Shown here piece after piece: positions 15,953 to 26,200 of a DNA stretch of 41,771 nucleotides. The DNA is from a virus (lineage: Duplodnaviria > Caudoviricetes), in IMG/VR virus record IMGVR_UViG_3300022936_000016, positions 1 through 41,771 of that record. The stretch is one strand, 5' to 3'. Under the pieces are notes generated by a model. The model was not told the origin of the DNA and did not search any database. It saw nothing but the letters and a program-made list of their open reading frames with translations. Numbering within the stretch: position 1 is the first letter of the stretch; each line of letters opens with the position of its first letter. The translations under genes were made by a program, and so were the position numbers.

Positions 15953-17707
15953 ATGCAGTGGTCGACCGCTTGCCTCGATTGGGAGGAGCGGATCGTCAAG
16001 CGCCAGTCGCTGGTGCCGTTCGATCCGCTGTTTCCGGACGAGGCAGCGGCGGCGCTGCAGGTGTTCAAGAGTTTACGGATGGTCGACGTGGCCGGTCGCC
16101 CGACCTTCGGCGAGGCGTGCGAGCCGTTCGTGTTCGACCTGGTGGCCGCGCTGTTCGGGGCATACGACAAGGTGGCCGGCCAAAGGCTGATCACCGAGGC
16201 GATGCTGCTGATCAGCAAGAAGAACGGCAAGTCGACGATCGCGGCGGGCATCATGCTGACCGCGCTGATCCGCAACTGGCGCGAGCTGGGGGAGCTGGCG
16301 ATCCTGGCGCCGACGCGGGAGGTGGCGAACAACAGTTACAAGCCGGCGGCGGCGATGGTGCGGGCAGACCCCAAGCTGGCCGAGATGATCCACATCGTCG
16401 ACAACCAGAAGTTGCTGCGCCACCGGGTGACCAAGGCCGAGCTGGCGGTGCTGGCGGCGGATAGCGGCACGGCGGCGGGCAAGAAGGCTGGCTTCGTGTT
16501 GGTCGACGAGTTGTGGCTGTTCGGCAAGCGGGCGGACTCGGAATCGATGCTGGAGGAGGTGACTGGCGGGTTGGCATCGCGGCCGGAAGGGTTCGTGCTG
16601 TACCTGACGACGCATAGCGACGAACCGCCGGCGGGGGTGTTCAAGGACAAGCTGGCCTATGCCCGCGACGTGCGGGACGGCAAGATCGACGATCCGAGTT
16701 TCTTGCCGATGCTGTACGAGTGGCCTGAGGCGATGATCGAGGCGCAGGATTACCTGCGGCCCGAGAATTTCTACGTGACCAACCCCAACCTGGGCCGGTC
16801 CGTATCCGAAGTGTTCATATCGTCGAAGCTGCGCAAGGCGGCGGGTGGCGAGATCGACGACGACGGCGACACGGGCAGCATCCAGGTGGTGCTGGCCAAG
16901 TACCTGAATGTCGAGATCGGGCTGCGGCTGCGGCGCGATCGGTGGCGCGGGGCCGACTATTGGGAAGCCGCCGGGGATCCGACGCTGACCCTGCACGCGC
17001 TGCTGGCGCGGTGCGAGGTGGTGGTGGTCGGGATCGACGGTGGCGGGCTCGACGACTTGTACGGGGTGTGCGTTGCGGGTCGCGAACGGATGACCGGGCG
17101 CTGGCTCTACTGGCACCGCGCCTGGGCGTGGCCGGACGTGTTCAAGCGGCGCAAGCAGATCACCTCGACGCTGCAGGACTTCGCCGCCGATGGCGACCTG
17201 GTGCTGTGCGAGGTGCGCGCCGACGACGGGGAAATCCCCGGCGACGATGTCGATTATACGGTGCCGCAGGACATCCGCGAGATCGTGGATATCGTGGTGG
17301 AGGTGAAGGCATCGGGCCTGATGCCGGAAAAATACGCGGTGGGCGTGGATGCTGCGGGCATCGCCGACCTGAAGGACGAACTGGTGCGCGCGGGCATCGA
17401 TGGCGACGACGAGGTGATCGCGATCGGCCAGGGTTACCGGCTGATGTCGGCGATCATGGGGCTGGCGCGCAAGCTGAAATTCGCGGGCGCGGTGCATGGC
17501 GGGTCGCGGATGATGGCCTGGTGCGTGGCCAACGCCAAAGAAGTGATGGGGCGGCAGACGGTGATGATCGACAAATATGCCGCTGGGCATGCCAAGATCG
17601 ACCCGTTCATGGCCGGGCTTAATGCAACGAAGTTGTTGGAGACGAACCCGGTGGCCAATGGAATCAAGGTGTCCGTCTACGAGAAACGCGGGTTTCTGGT
17701 GCTCTGA
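15953..17707 (+). CDS. Terminase large subunit
   Basis: Walker A ISKKNGKST, Walker B VLVDE, nuclease GIDGGGLDD, KIDP. Confidence 0.95.
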   Translation: MQWSTACLDWEERIVKRQSLVPFDPLFPDEAAAALQVFKSLRMVDVAGRPTFGEACEPFVFDLVAALFGAYDKVAGQRLITEAMLLISKKNGKSTIAAGIMLTALIRNWRELGELAILAPTREVANNSYKPAAAMVRADPKLAEMIHIVDNQKLLRHRVTKAELAVLAADSGTAAGKKAGFVLVDELWLFGKRADSESMLEEVTGGLASRPEGFVLYLTTHSDEPPAGVFKDKLAYARDVRDGKIDDPSFLPMLYEWPEAMIEAQDYLRPENFYVTNPNLGRSVSEVFISSKLRKAAGGEIDDDGDTGSIQVVLAKYLNVEIGLRLRRDRWRGADYWEAAGDPTLTLHALLARCEVVVVGIDGGGLDDLYGVCVAGRERMTGRWLYWHRAWAWPDVFKRRKQITSTLQDFAADGDLVLCEVRADDGEIPGDDVDYTVPQDIREIVDIVVEVKASGLMPEKYAVGVDAAGIADLKDELVRAGIDGDDEVIAIGQGYRLMSAIMGLARKLKFAGAVHGGSRMMAWCVANAKEVMGRQTVMIDKYAAGHAKIDPFMAGLNATKLLETNPVANGIKVSVYEKRGFLVL

Positions 17708-18954
17708 TGGCGCTTTGGGACCGTCTGTTCGGCGGGGTGGATGCCATCGCCGAACGCTTGGCGGTCAAGGCACAGCTCCCGGCGCTGGCTGGTTCGGACG
17801 ATCCTGCGCTGGCTGCGTTCATGAGGGGGAACGAAACAGCGTCAGGGGCGCGGGTGAGCGAGCGGAGTGCGATGCGCAATGCGACGTTCAACCGCGCGGT
17901 CACGCTGATTTCAAGCACGATCGGGATGTTGCCGGTCAACCTGATCGAGAAGCTTCCCGACGGGCGCAAGGAACGGGCGGAATCGCATCCTGTCCAGCGG
18001 TTGCTGCGGGTGCGTACCAACCGTTGGCAGAAGCCGGGGCAGTTCAAGAGCTACATGCAGGGCCGGGCGCTGCTGACCGGCGATGCCTTTGCCTATAAGG
18101 TGCCGGGGCTGCGGGGCGTGCAGGCGTTGGTGCCGATGGACCCGAGCCGGGTCGATGTCGGGCTGAGCGATGATTTCGACATGTCGTACACCTGGCAGCG
18201 GAAGGACGGGGGCAAGAAAGTGTTCCGGCGCGACGAGGTGTTGCACTTGCGCGCGCCATGGTCGCGGGATGGCATCACTGGCGAAGGGCTGCTGAGCATG
18301 GCGGCCGAGGCGCTGGGGCTGGCACATGCGGCGGACAATGCGGCAGCGCGCTTGCTGAAAAACGGGACCTACGCGGGTGGCAAGGTGACGCACCCCAGCC
18401 ATCTGTCACCGGAATCGCAGATGAGCTTGCGCGACCAGTTCCAAGGCCAGTTCGCAGGCCCCGAGAATGCGGGGAAGTGGTTCATCCTCGAGGAGGGGAT
18501 GGACGCCATGCCGTTCGGGATGACCGGGCGCGATGCAGAAGGATTGGCGCAGCGTAAGCACCAGGCGGAGGAAATTAGCCGGTTCACCGGCGTTCCCCGC
18601 CCACTGCTGATGTTCGACGAGACCAGCTGGGGCTCGGGCATCGAGCAGTTGGGGTTGTTCTTCGTGACCTACTGCCTGCTGCCGTGGTTCGTGCAGTGGG
18701 AGGAGGCGATTGCTGACGCGCTGCTGACGGATGGCGAGCGTGAAAACTACATTGTGAAGTTCAACGAGGCGGCGCTGCTGCGCGGCTCGCTGAAGGATCA
18801 GGCCGAGTTCCTGTCCAAGGCCCTCGGCGGGCCCGGGGCGGGCGGTTACATGGTGCCCGACGAGGCACGCGACAAGTTCGACATGAACCCACTCCCCGAC
18901 GGGGCCGGCAAGGTTCCCGCCTGGCAGCAAGGAAACGATGATGTCACGACCTGA
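17707..18954 (+). CDS. Portal protein, HK97 family
   Basis: VLHLR..DGITG, ILEEGM, EEISRFTGVP, SWGSGIEQ, DEAR. Confidence 0.95.
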   Translation: MALWDRLFGGVDAIAERLAVKAQLPALAGSDDPALAAFMRGNETASGARVSERSAMRNATFNRAVTLISSTIGMLPVNLIEKLPDGRKERAESHPVQRLLRVRTNRWQKPGQFKSYMQGRALLTGDAFAYKVPGLRGVQALVPMDPSRVDVGLSDDFDMSYTWQRKDGGKKVFRRDEVLHLRAPWSRDGITGEGLLSMAAEALGLAHAADNAAARLLKNGTYAGGKVTHPSHLSPESQMSLRDQFQGQFAGPENAGKWFILEEGMDAMPFGMTGRDAEGLAQRKHQAEEISRFTGVPRPLLMFDETSWGSGIEQLGLFFVTYCLLPWFVQWEEAIADALLTDGERENYIVKFNEAALLRGSLKDQAEFLSKALGGPGAGGYMVPDEARDKFDMNPLPDGAGKVPAWQQGNDDVTT

Positions 18955-19789
18955 TGCAATGCCGATGCCGGCGCAGCGCCGCGTCAGCGCGTTCACCAAG
19001 CCCGACGTGTTCGACAAGTGGGGCGAGGACGCCGCCGGGATCCGCGCACTGGCGATGGACGATGCGACCATTACCATGTTCGATCTGATCGGCGAGGACT
19101 TCTGGTCGGGCGGCGGGGTCACCGCCAAGAAGGTCGCGGCGCAGCTGCGCGCGATCGGCGATCGGCCGGTGACGGTGCAGATCAATTCGCCGGGCGGCGA
19201 CATGTTCGAAGGCATCGCGATCTACAACGTGCTGCGCGAGCACCCGCAGCCGATCACCGTGCAGGTGATGGGCATGGCCGCGTCGGCGGCGTCGGTAATC
19301 GCGATGGCGGGCGACACGATCGAGATCGGGGCGGCGAGCTTCATGATGATCCACAATTGCTGGATACTCGCGATGGGCAACCGGCACGACATGCGCGAGC
19401 TGGGCGACTGGCTCGAGCCGTTCGACCAGGCGATGGTCGAGCTTTATGCGCAACGTACCGGGACCGATGCCAAGCAGGTCGGGACCTGGATGGACAAGGA
19501 AACCTATATGTCCGGCACACAGGCGATCGAGCGGGGGTTCGCCGATGCGCTGCTGCCGGCCGACGCCATGAAGGTCGACGAGAACGCCAAGGCGGCCGAC
19601 CGTTCCGCCAACGAGGTGCGCGCGCTCGAGCTGACGCTGGTGCAGGCGGGCGCGACCCGCACGCAGGCGCGCGACCGCATCAACAAGATCAAGGGCACGC
19701 CCGGCGCTGCCCAAGAAGCCACGCCGGGCGCTGGCTCCACCGAATGGCAGCAATCCGCTGCCGCTCTTTTGGACAGCCTGCGGGCTTAA
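18938..19789 (+). CDS. ClpP-like head maturation protease
   Basis: INSPGGDMFEG, AASAAS (Ser), MIHN (His), ETYM..GFAD. Confidence 0.93.
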   Translation: MMSRPDAMPMPAQRRVSAFTKPDVFDKWGEDAAGIRALAMDDATITMFDLIGEDFWSGGGVTAKKVAAQLRAIGDRPVTVQINSPGGDMFEGIAIYNVLREHPQPITVQVMGMAASAASVIAMAGDTIEIGAASFMMIHNCWILAMGNRHDMRELGDWLEPFDQAMVELYAQRTGTDAKQVGTWMDKETYMSGTQAIERGFADALLPADAMKVDENAKAADRSANEVRALELTLVQAGATRTQARDRINKIKGTPGAAQEATPGAGSTEWQQSAAALLDSLRA

Positions 19790-19805
19790 ACTCGAGGAAT
19801 ATCCC

Positions 19806-21077
19806 ATGAATAAGATGATGATGGTCGGCGCTTCGCTGGCCGCCCTTGCCGCTGCGCCCGTGCCGCGCGCCGCATTCGCCGCACCGCGCGCTGACGCGAC
19901 CGACCCGAAGGCACTGTTCGAGCAGCTGAATGCGGCTGTAAAGGAAATGCGCGAGAAGAACGACCAGGCGTTGGCCGCCAAGGTGGATGATTCCGTGCTG
20001 ACTGCGCAGGTTGATCGGATCAACGCCGAAATTGGCAAAATTGAAGCCGCGATGGATACTGCCTTGGCAAAATTGGCGGCGGCCAGCCTGGGCGCCCCCG
20101 AGGGCCCGCGCGATCCCGAATACACCGAGCAGTTCAATGCCTATTTCCGGCGCGGCGTGGAAAGCCAGAAGCTGGAACAGGTGCGCGCTGCGGCGACGAA
20201 GACGGACGGCGAGGGCGGGTATCTCGCGCCGATCGAATGGGATCGCACGATTGGTTCGAAGCTGAAGCAGGTGTCGGTGATCCGGCAGTATGCTTCGGTG
20301 CAGACGATCAGCGGTGCGGGTTTCAGTAAGGTGTTTTCCGATCGCAATGTCGGTTCGGGCTGGGTCGGCGAGACGGCCGCACGGCCGGCGACCACGACTC
20401 CGGCGCTGACCTCGCTCGGCTTCCCGCTGGGCGAGATCTACGCCAACCCGGCGGCATCGCAGGGCCTGATCGACGACGCCGAGGTCGATATCGAGGCCTG
20501 GCTGGCCGACGAGGTCGAGACCGAATTCGCGCGGCAAGAGGGCATCGCCTTCCTTTCTGGCGATGGCACCAACAAGCCGCATGGCATCCTGACCTATGTC
20601 ACCGGTGGCAGCGCGGCTGCGCGGCACCCCTGGGGCGCGATCGAGGTCATCCCCGGCGGGCACGCCAGCCTGCTCAACAGCGGCGATGCCTTTCTGACGC
20701 TGATCTATTCGCTGCCCGAGGAGCATGAGGCCAATGCGCGGCTGTTCATGAACCGGACCACTGCGGGAACCGCGCGCAAGCTGAAGGACGGGCAGGGCAA
20801 TTACCTGTGGCAGCCGGCCTTCGAAGCCGGGCAGCCGTCGACCATGGCCGGCGTGCCGGTGGTGCATCTGCCGGCGATGCCGGTGGTCGCGGCCAACGCG
20901 ATCGCTGCACTCTATGGCGACATGGCCGAGACCTACCAGGTGATCGACCGGATCGGCATCCGGGTGCTGCGCGATCCGTACACCAACAAGCCGTTCGTCC
21001 ACTTCTACACCACCAAGCGGGTCGGTGGCGGGGTGAAGAACCCGGACGCGATGAAGGCGCTGAAGATCTCCGCCTAA
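19806..21077 (+). CDS. Major capsid protein, HK97 fold
   Basis: Coiled-coil delta domain, GGYLAP, WVGE, GDGTNKPHG, LKDGQGNYLW, RVGG. Confidence 0.95.
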   Translation: MNKMMMVGASLAALAAAPVPRAAFAAPRADATDPKALFEQLNAAVKEMREKNDQALAAKVDDSVLTAQVDRINAEIGKIEAAMDTALAKLAAASLGAPEGPRDPEYTEQFNAYFRRGVESQKLEQVRAAATKTDGEGGYLAPIEWDRTIGSKLKQVSVIRQYASVQTISGAGFSKVFSDRNVGSGWVGETAARPATTTPALTSLGFPLGEIYANPAASQGLIDDAEVDIEAWLADEVETEFARQEGIAFLSGDGTNKPHGILTYVTGGSAAARHPWGAIEVIPGGHASLLNSGDAFLTLIYSLPEEHEANARLFMNRTTAGTARKLKDGQGNYLWQPAFEAGQPSTMAGVPVVHLPAMPVVAANAIAALYGDMAETYQVIDRIGIRVLRDPYTNKPFVHFYTTKRVGGGVKNPDAMKALKISA

Positions 21078-21147
21078 CGGCGATCTGGCTTCATCGAAAC
21101 AGCCCGGCGCCTTCGTCGTCGGCCCATTGCCCAAGCAGGAGATTGTT

Positions 21148-21447
21148 ATGGCTACCACCAAGAAACCGTCGGCGGCAAAGTCCGTCGACACGAGCGACGT
21201 TAAGCTGTCCGACGTGCCGGGCGTGCCCGACACCAATGGAATGTCTGTCGACCAGCTGAGCCCCGCCACCGATGTTGCGGCGAGTGGTGCGATGATCGAG
21301 CCGACGATCGTCGAGCGGATCGATACCAGCCACCCCGCGGTCGACAACGCCCCGCGCAAGGGGCAGCCCGTCAGCGCCAACCAGATCGACTTCAACGATC
21401 CGGCGTTGAGTTCTGCCGAGGCCGTCGCCGAGAACCTGAAGGCGTGA
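21148..21447 (+). CDS. Hypothetical head-associated protein (99 aa)
   Basis: AGGAG RBS; HPAVDNAPR..NQIDFNDP; between the capsid gene and a terminator. Confidence 0.7.
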   Translation: MATTKKPSAAKSVDTSDVKLSDVPGVPDTNGMSVDQLSPATDVAASGAMIEPTIVERIDTSHPAVDNAPRKGQPVSANQIDFNDPALSSAEAVAENLKA

Positions 21448-21455
21448 GCCTTCGC

Positions 21456-21488
21456 ACAGGCGGGGCTGATGCCCCGCCTGTTTTCTTT
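21456..21488 (+). terminator. Rho-independent terminator
   Basis: ACAGGCGGGGC-TGAT-GCCCCGCCTGT followed by TTTCTTT. Confidence 0.85.
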
Positions 21489-21523
21489 GCCCCCGTACAA
21501 ATCAGGACGAACGGAGCCAGGAC

Positions 21524-22111
21524 ATGACTTTCATGCTGGCTCCGTACGCCCTGCCGGCGGACTATGCCGAGGGCATCCTGCCGTTGGCGGATATCAAGCG
21601 GCATGTCTCGGTCGATGCCGATGACGACTATTTCGACGATCTGCTGTCGGTGTTTCGTGATGCTGCGGTGGATATGGTCGAGCGCTATTGCTCGCTGCGC
21701 CTGGCGCCGTGCGCGGGGCTGGTGTGGCGGGCCGACGGCTTGCCGCAGCGCCTGGTACTGGGCACCGGGCCGGTGGTGGGAATCACCGCGGTCAAATGGC
21801 TGGATAGCGCGGGCACTACGGTGACCGGGGATCCGGCGACGTTGCGGATCGCGGGCGGCGGGTTGGTGAAGGCGATGCCCGGTGCGGTGTGGGGTGGTGC
21901 CGGGCTGGGCGCGGTTGCCGCCGGGCTGGAGATCACGTTCGACGCCGGATTTGCCGAGGGCGAATGCCCGCCTGCTCTGGTGCAGGCGGCGCGGATGTTC
22001 GCCGCGCACCTATTCGCCAACCGCGAATCGGTGAGCATGGGCACGATCGGCGGCGAGATCCCGCTGGGGTTCCGGGCGCTGTGCAACGCCTATCGCATGC
22101 CGGTGATGTGA
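21524..22111 (+). CDS. Head-tail connector (gp6-like)
   Basis: LADIKRHVSVD..DD..VERY; PPALVQA..HLFANRE. Confidence 0.9.
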   Translation: MTFMLAPYALPADYAEGILPLADIKRHVSVDADDDYFDDLLSVFRDAAVDMVERYCSLRLAPCAGLVWRADGLPQRLVLGTGPVVGITAVKWLDSAGTTVTGDPATLRIAGGGLVKAMPGAVWGGAGLGAVAAGLEITFDAGFAEGECPPALVQAARMFAAHLFANRESVSMGTIGGEIPLGFRALCNAYRMPVM

Positions 22112-22112
22112 G

Positions 22113-22640
22113 ATGCAGGGCGCGGGCCGGCGCGACACCAGGATCACGATCCTGCGCGCGGTGATGAGCGAGAATGCCTTCGGCGAGCCGGTGCCGAGCG
22201 GGGCCCCGGTGACGGTGTGCGCGACCATGGCGCGGGTGATTTACGGTCGCGGCGAGGAGCGGCGGCGGGCGGCGATGGAATCGGCCACGGTGCCGGCGAC
22301 GTTCCGCGTGCTGGCGACCACGCAAACGCGCGCGGTGCACGAGGGCGACACGCTGGTGACGGCGGGGCCTCTCGACGGCGAATGGGATATCGAGAGCGTG
22401 GTGCCGTTCGGGCGGAACGAACTGGATATCACGGCGACGAAGAAAAAGGCGCAGGGTCCGTGGGCGGTTCCGCTGCCCGGTGCTCCGGGGCGACTGGATT
22501 TCAGCGACCCGGCCATGAGCGGGCTGCTGGCGCTGCTCGAGTGGGACCTGGTGTTCGTCGTGGATCCGGGGGTGCCCGGTCAATTGGACTTTTCCGACCC
22601 CGCCAACAGCGGGTTGCTGATGCTGCTGGAGGAATTCTGA
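22113..22640 (+). CDS. Head closure/head-tail adaptor with a duplicated C-terminal extension
   Basis: AGRRDTRITI..NAFGE..WDIESV; followed by two PG.PG.LDFSDPA.SGLL.LLE repeats. Confidence 0.8.
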   Translation: MQGAGRRDTRITILRAVMSENAFGEPVPSGAPVTVCATMARVIYGRGEERRRAAMESATVPATFRVLATTQTRAVHEGDTLVTAGPLDGEWDIESVVPFGRNELDITATKKKAQGPWAVPLPGAPGRLDFSDPAMSGLLALLEWDLVFVVDPGVPGQLDFSDPANSGLLMLLEEF

Positions 22641-23296
22641 TGCCCGATATTGATGTTGCCGACTTCGCTGGCGCGAAAGTCACGGTAAACGTGCCCGCCC
22701 CGGGGCGTGCGGCGATGGCGGCCAGCAAGCCGGTGGTGCTATCGACCGAGGATCTGGCGGCGATCAATGCGATCACCGCCGCGATCACGGCGGTGGGCGG
22801 TTCGACCGATGGGCTCGAGACGCTGATCTCCGCGACCAATGCCGCGCTGGGCATTCTGACTGGGCATGTCGACGGGCTGGAGGCATCGGCCACTTTGCTG
22901 AACGGTTACACCGACGGGCTGGAAACGCTGATCGGTTCGACCAACACCGTGCTGGGCACGCTGGTGGGGCATGTCGACGGGCTGGAGGCGCTGATCGCAG
23001 CGACCAATGCGGCGCTGGCGCTGATCGGGACGCGCGCCTATGGCGCGCCGGCGACACGGTTGGCGTATAGCGGCAGCAGCGCGCAGTCGGCTGCGATCGC
23101 GGCGACCGAGGTGTTGCTGCACAATTGTGGGACTGGGCGCTGTTTCGTCGCCTCGGCGACCAACCCCACCGCCACCACCGACAGCATCCCGCTGGAGCCG
23201 GGCGAAAAGTTCCACCTGCGGATCACAAGCGGGCACAAGATCGCGGCGCTGCAGGAAAGCACCGGCGGCAACCTCAACATCGTGCCGGTGGCCTGA
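22640..23296 (+). CDS. Putative spike/fibre base protein (coiled coil + small beta-sandwich)
   Basis: TGATG coupling; DGLE repeats at 21/14/21-aa spacing; C-terminus SAQSAAI..NPTATTDSIPLEPGE..GHKIA. Confidence 0.6.
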   Translation: MPDIDVADFAGAKVTVNVPAPGRAAMAASKPVVLSTEDLAAINAITAAITAVGGSTDGLETLISATNAALGILTGHVDGLEASATLLNGYTDGLETLIGSTNTVLGTLVGHVDGLEALIAATNAALALIGTRAYGAPATRLAYSGSSAQSAAIAATEVLLHNCGTGRCFVASATNPTATTDSIPLEPGEKFHLRITSGHKIAALQESTGGNLNIVPVA

Positions 23297-26200
23297 TGCT
23301 GATCGCGCCGGGGCGCATCGGGCTGCCGCAACGGCGGCGCGTGGGCGGTACGCCTGCGCCGACGCCTACTGCACCCTTAGCCACCAGCGCCTTCGCGGGC
23401 ACGCCCAAATCGGGCCCTCGCACTTTCTCGAACGCGCACAGCACCACCTATTTCGGGTTCGATTACGGGTACAACCAGCAGGGAACGGGTGCGATTGCCC
23501 TGGTGGATGACCCCACCGGACTTCATGGCAAAGTGTTGCAGACCAGCCCTGGCGCGGCGGGTGCGGCCTATGTTGCCGAGCAGTTCCGCTATGCCGCGCA
23601 CAAGGATGCGATCGGCGATGGTGCCGCGCCGACGCAATACGCCGTCTGGCTGCGAACGATCGATGCGGGGCATTTTCGGCGCCTGGTATATATCCCTTCC
23701 GGCAGTGGCTCGCTGTTCTCGGCACACCCTGCAGGCGATACCACCCAGGCGACGCCATGCTTTACCATCGGCTATGCCGCATCGGGCAGCGGGTTCAAAT
23801 TCACCGTCAACGGCACGGCGGTCGGCCGCGAGATCCCGTATGGCTGGAGCGAATTCGGCGGTTCGTGGAATGCCACCGCCGACACGCTGAGCCTGTTCAC
23901 CAAGCTGGCCGGCGAGGGATCGTGGACCACTGAGCGCAGCGGGGCGGTTGCCGCCTTCACCGCGCCGCAGAGCATCCGCAGTGGCGCATGGAGCACCAGC
24001 GGGGGACCGGTTGCCTACAAGGGGTGGGCGTGGTCGGACCTGTCGTTCGCCGACACCGAAGGCGATTTCCTGTTCGTGGCCTGCTATGTCGGGTTCACCG
24101 ATCAGACCCGCATGAGCGCCGGTCTCTATTGCCCGGATGGCCTGCTGACCGGTGCGACCAAGGCGCGGCTGCGCTGGGCCGCTGGCGACGATCCGACCGG
24201 CGGCACCGAGACCACGCCTGTTGCGCTGTCGGGCAAGGCCAATGACCAGATCGCGCTGACGATCACCAGCGGGCTGACGCACAACACCAATTATTGCCAC
24301 CAGTTCGAATATCTCGACGATGACGACAACGTGCTGGCGGTGTCGGAACCGTTCCTGTGGGGCACGCTGGCGAACCGGGGCACCGCTGTCTCGGCGCAGC
24401 TCGCGCTTGCCTCGTGCTGGGAAAACACCACCGCCGGCCATCCGTACCGCGATGACGAATATGTGGCCGCCACCGCCAACGGCGACTATCGCAAGATCGG
24501 CATGCTGGCCGTTGGCGACATGTCCTATGAGGGCAGCGACCTGGGCCAGGCCAACCCGTATCGGACCCTGCGGCCCGACCAGTCGCAAGGCGATTTTACA
24601 CAGGCCAAGCTCGAGTTCTTTGCCGACATGGCCGTGCATAGAAATGCGCGGCGCGGGCCGATGCGGATGCTTCTCGACGATCACGAGACGGCCTCGAACC
24701 CGACGATCAAGTATTTGCCTAGGGGCGCGCTGGCGGGCACGCTGGCGAGTGCCTACCCCGAGGCGAACAACACTAATTATCAGGGTGGGATCACGATCGG
24801 CGAGGTGATCGGCAACGGCTTGCAGGTCTATTTCGACTGGTTCCACGTCCACAACCTCAACCGGGTCAGCGATACGAAATATTACAGCCGGTTCCACCAC
24901 GGCAATATCGAGGTGATCGGCGCAGATGGGCGCTACGAGCGCATTCAGTTCGAAAGCTCTGGCAACCAAGTCATGAGCGCCGAGCAGATGGCGTGGCACG
25001 TCGATCAGATCAACGACATCAACGCTACCGGCACTGCGGAGTTGACCATCTTCTATTCGCAGGTGGGCCTTTCGGGTTTCACCAGCAAGTCGACCGAGGG
25101 CTGGCACAATATCGCGGCGACGCAGGCGCAGGTCTTCAACGATGCGCTGGCCACGCTCACCACGAAGAGCCTGTTCCTCTCGGGCGATGTGCATCTCGGC
25201 TATGTCGCGCACACCAAGTGGAACGCCACCACCGCCAATCCGACCAAGCCGGCGAACTTCATCGCCGAGGTCAAGGGTAGCGGCTGCGCGCAGAACTGCG
25301 CCACGTCGGTGCAGACCGATTACAATGCCGACCCGGGCAACGTGCCGTGGAAGTACGTCCTGAGCAGCATGGGTTCGGGCAAGCGCGTCATCCGGTCGTC
25401 GCCGGTGATGATGACCATCGGCATGAACCTGTCGAGCATCGTGGTCGGTGCCAAGGTGGACGGCGGCGCGCCCTCGACCCACACGCTTTACACGGCTGCG
25501 GCGGACACGACTGCGCCGACGATCAACAGTAGCGCCACCTTCAGCGTGGCCGAGAACGTGACCCTTGCGCACGCGCTGACGGCAAGCGAAAGTGTGACCT
25601 GGACCATTGTAGGGGGCGCGGATGCGGCCGATTACGAGATCAGCGGATCCACTTTGCGCTGGGCTGGGAACACCACCCGCGATTATGAAGCTCCTGTCGA
25701 TGCGGACACGAACAACTCTTATATCGTCACGGTGCGCGCGACGGATGGCGCTGGCAATTTTACAGACCAAACCATCACCGGCACGGTCACCGATGTTTCC
25801 GAAGGGGGCGGTGGGTACACCTTCACCAACAGCGAAGCGGCGGCGCTGGTAGCGGCGCGGACCGACTCGATCACCGACGCGCACAAGGGCCATATCGACA
25901 CGCTGGTCGGCTCACTGAAGGCGGCGGGCGCGTTCAATTGGGACATGCTCTACGTCTTGATCGGGGCCAACGATGCCAGCACCCGGCTCAATTACGCCAA
26001 CCCCGCAGCGAACCCCCTCACCGGCGCGGCCACGTTCACCAGCGGGCAGGGTCTCACCGGAAACGGCGCGAACCTGCTCTCGACCGGCAAGAACGCCAAT
26101 GCCACCACCCATATGCTCGGCACGAGCGGGACCATGTTTGTGTGGGTCGCTGAGGCGGGTGCGACCGTGGGCTCGACCCTGGGCATTGCCACCGGCAACA

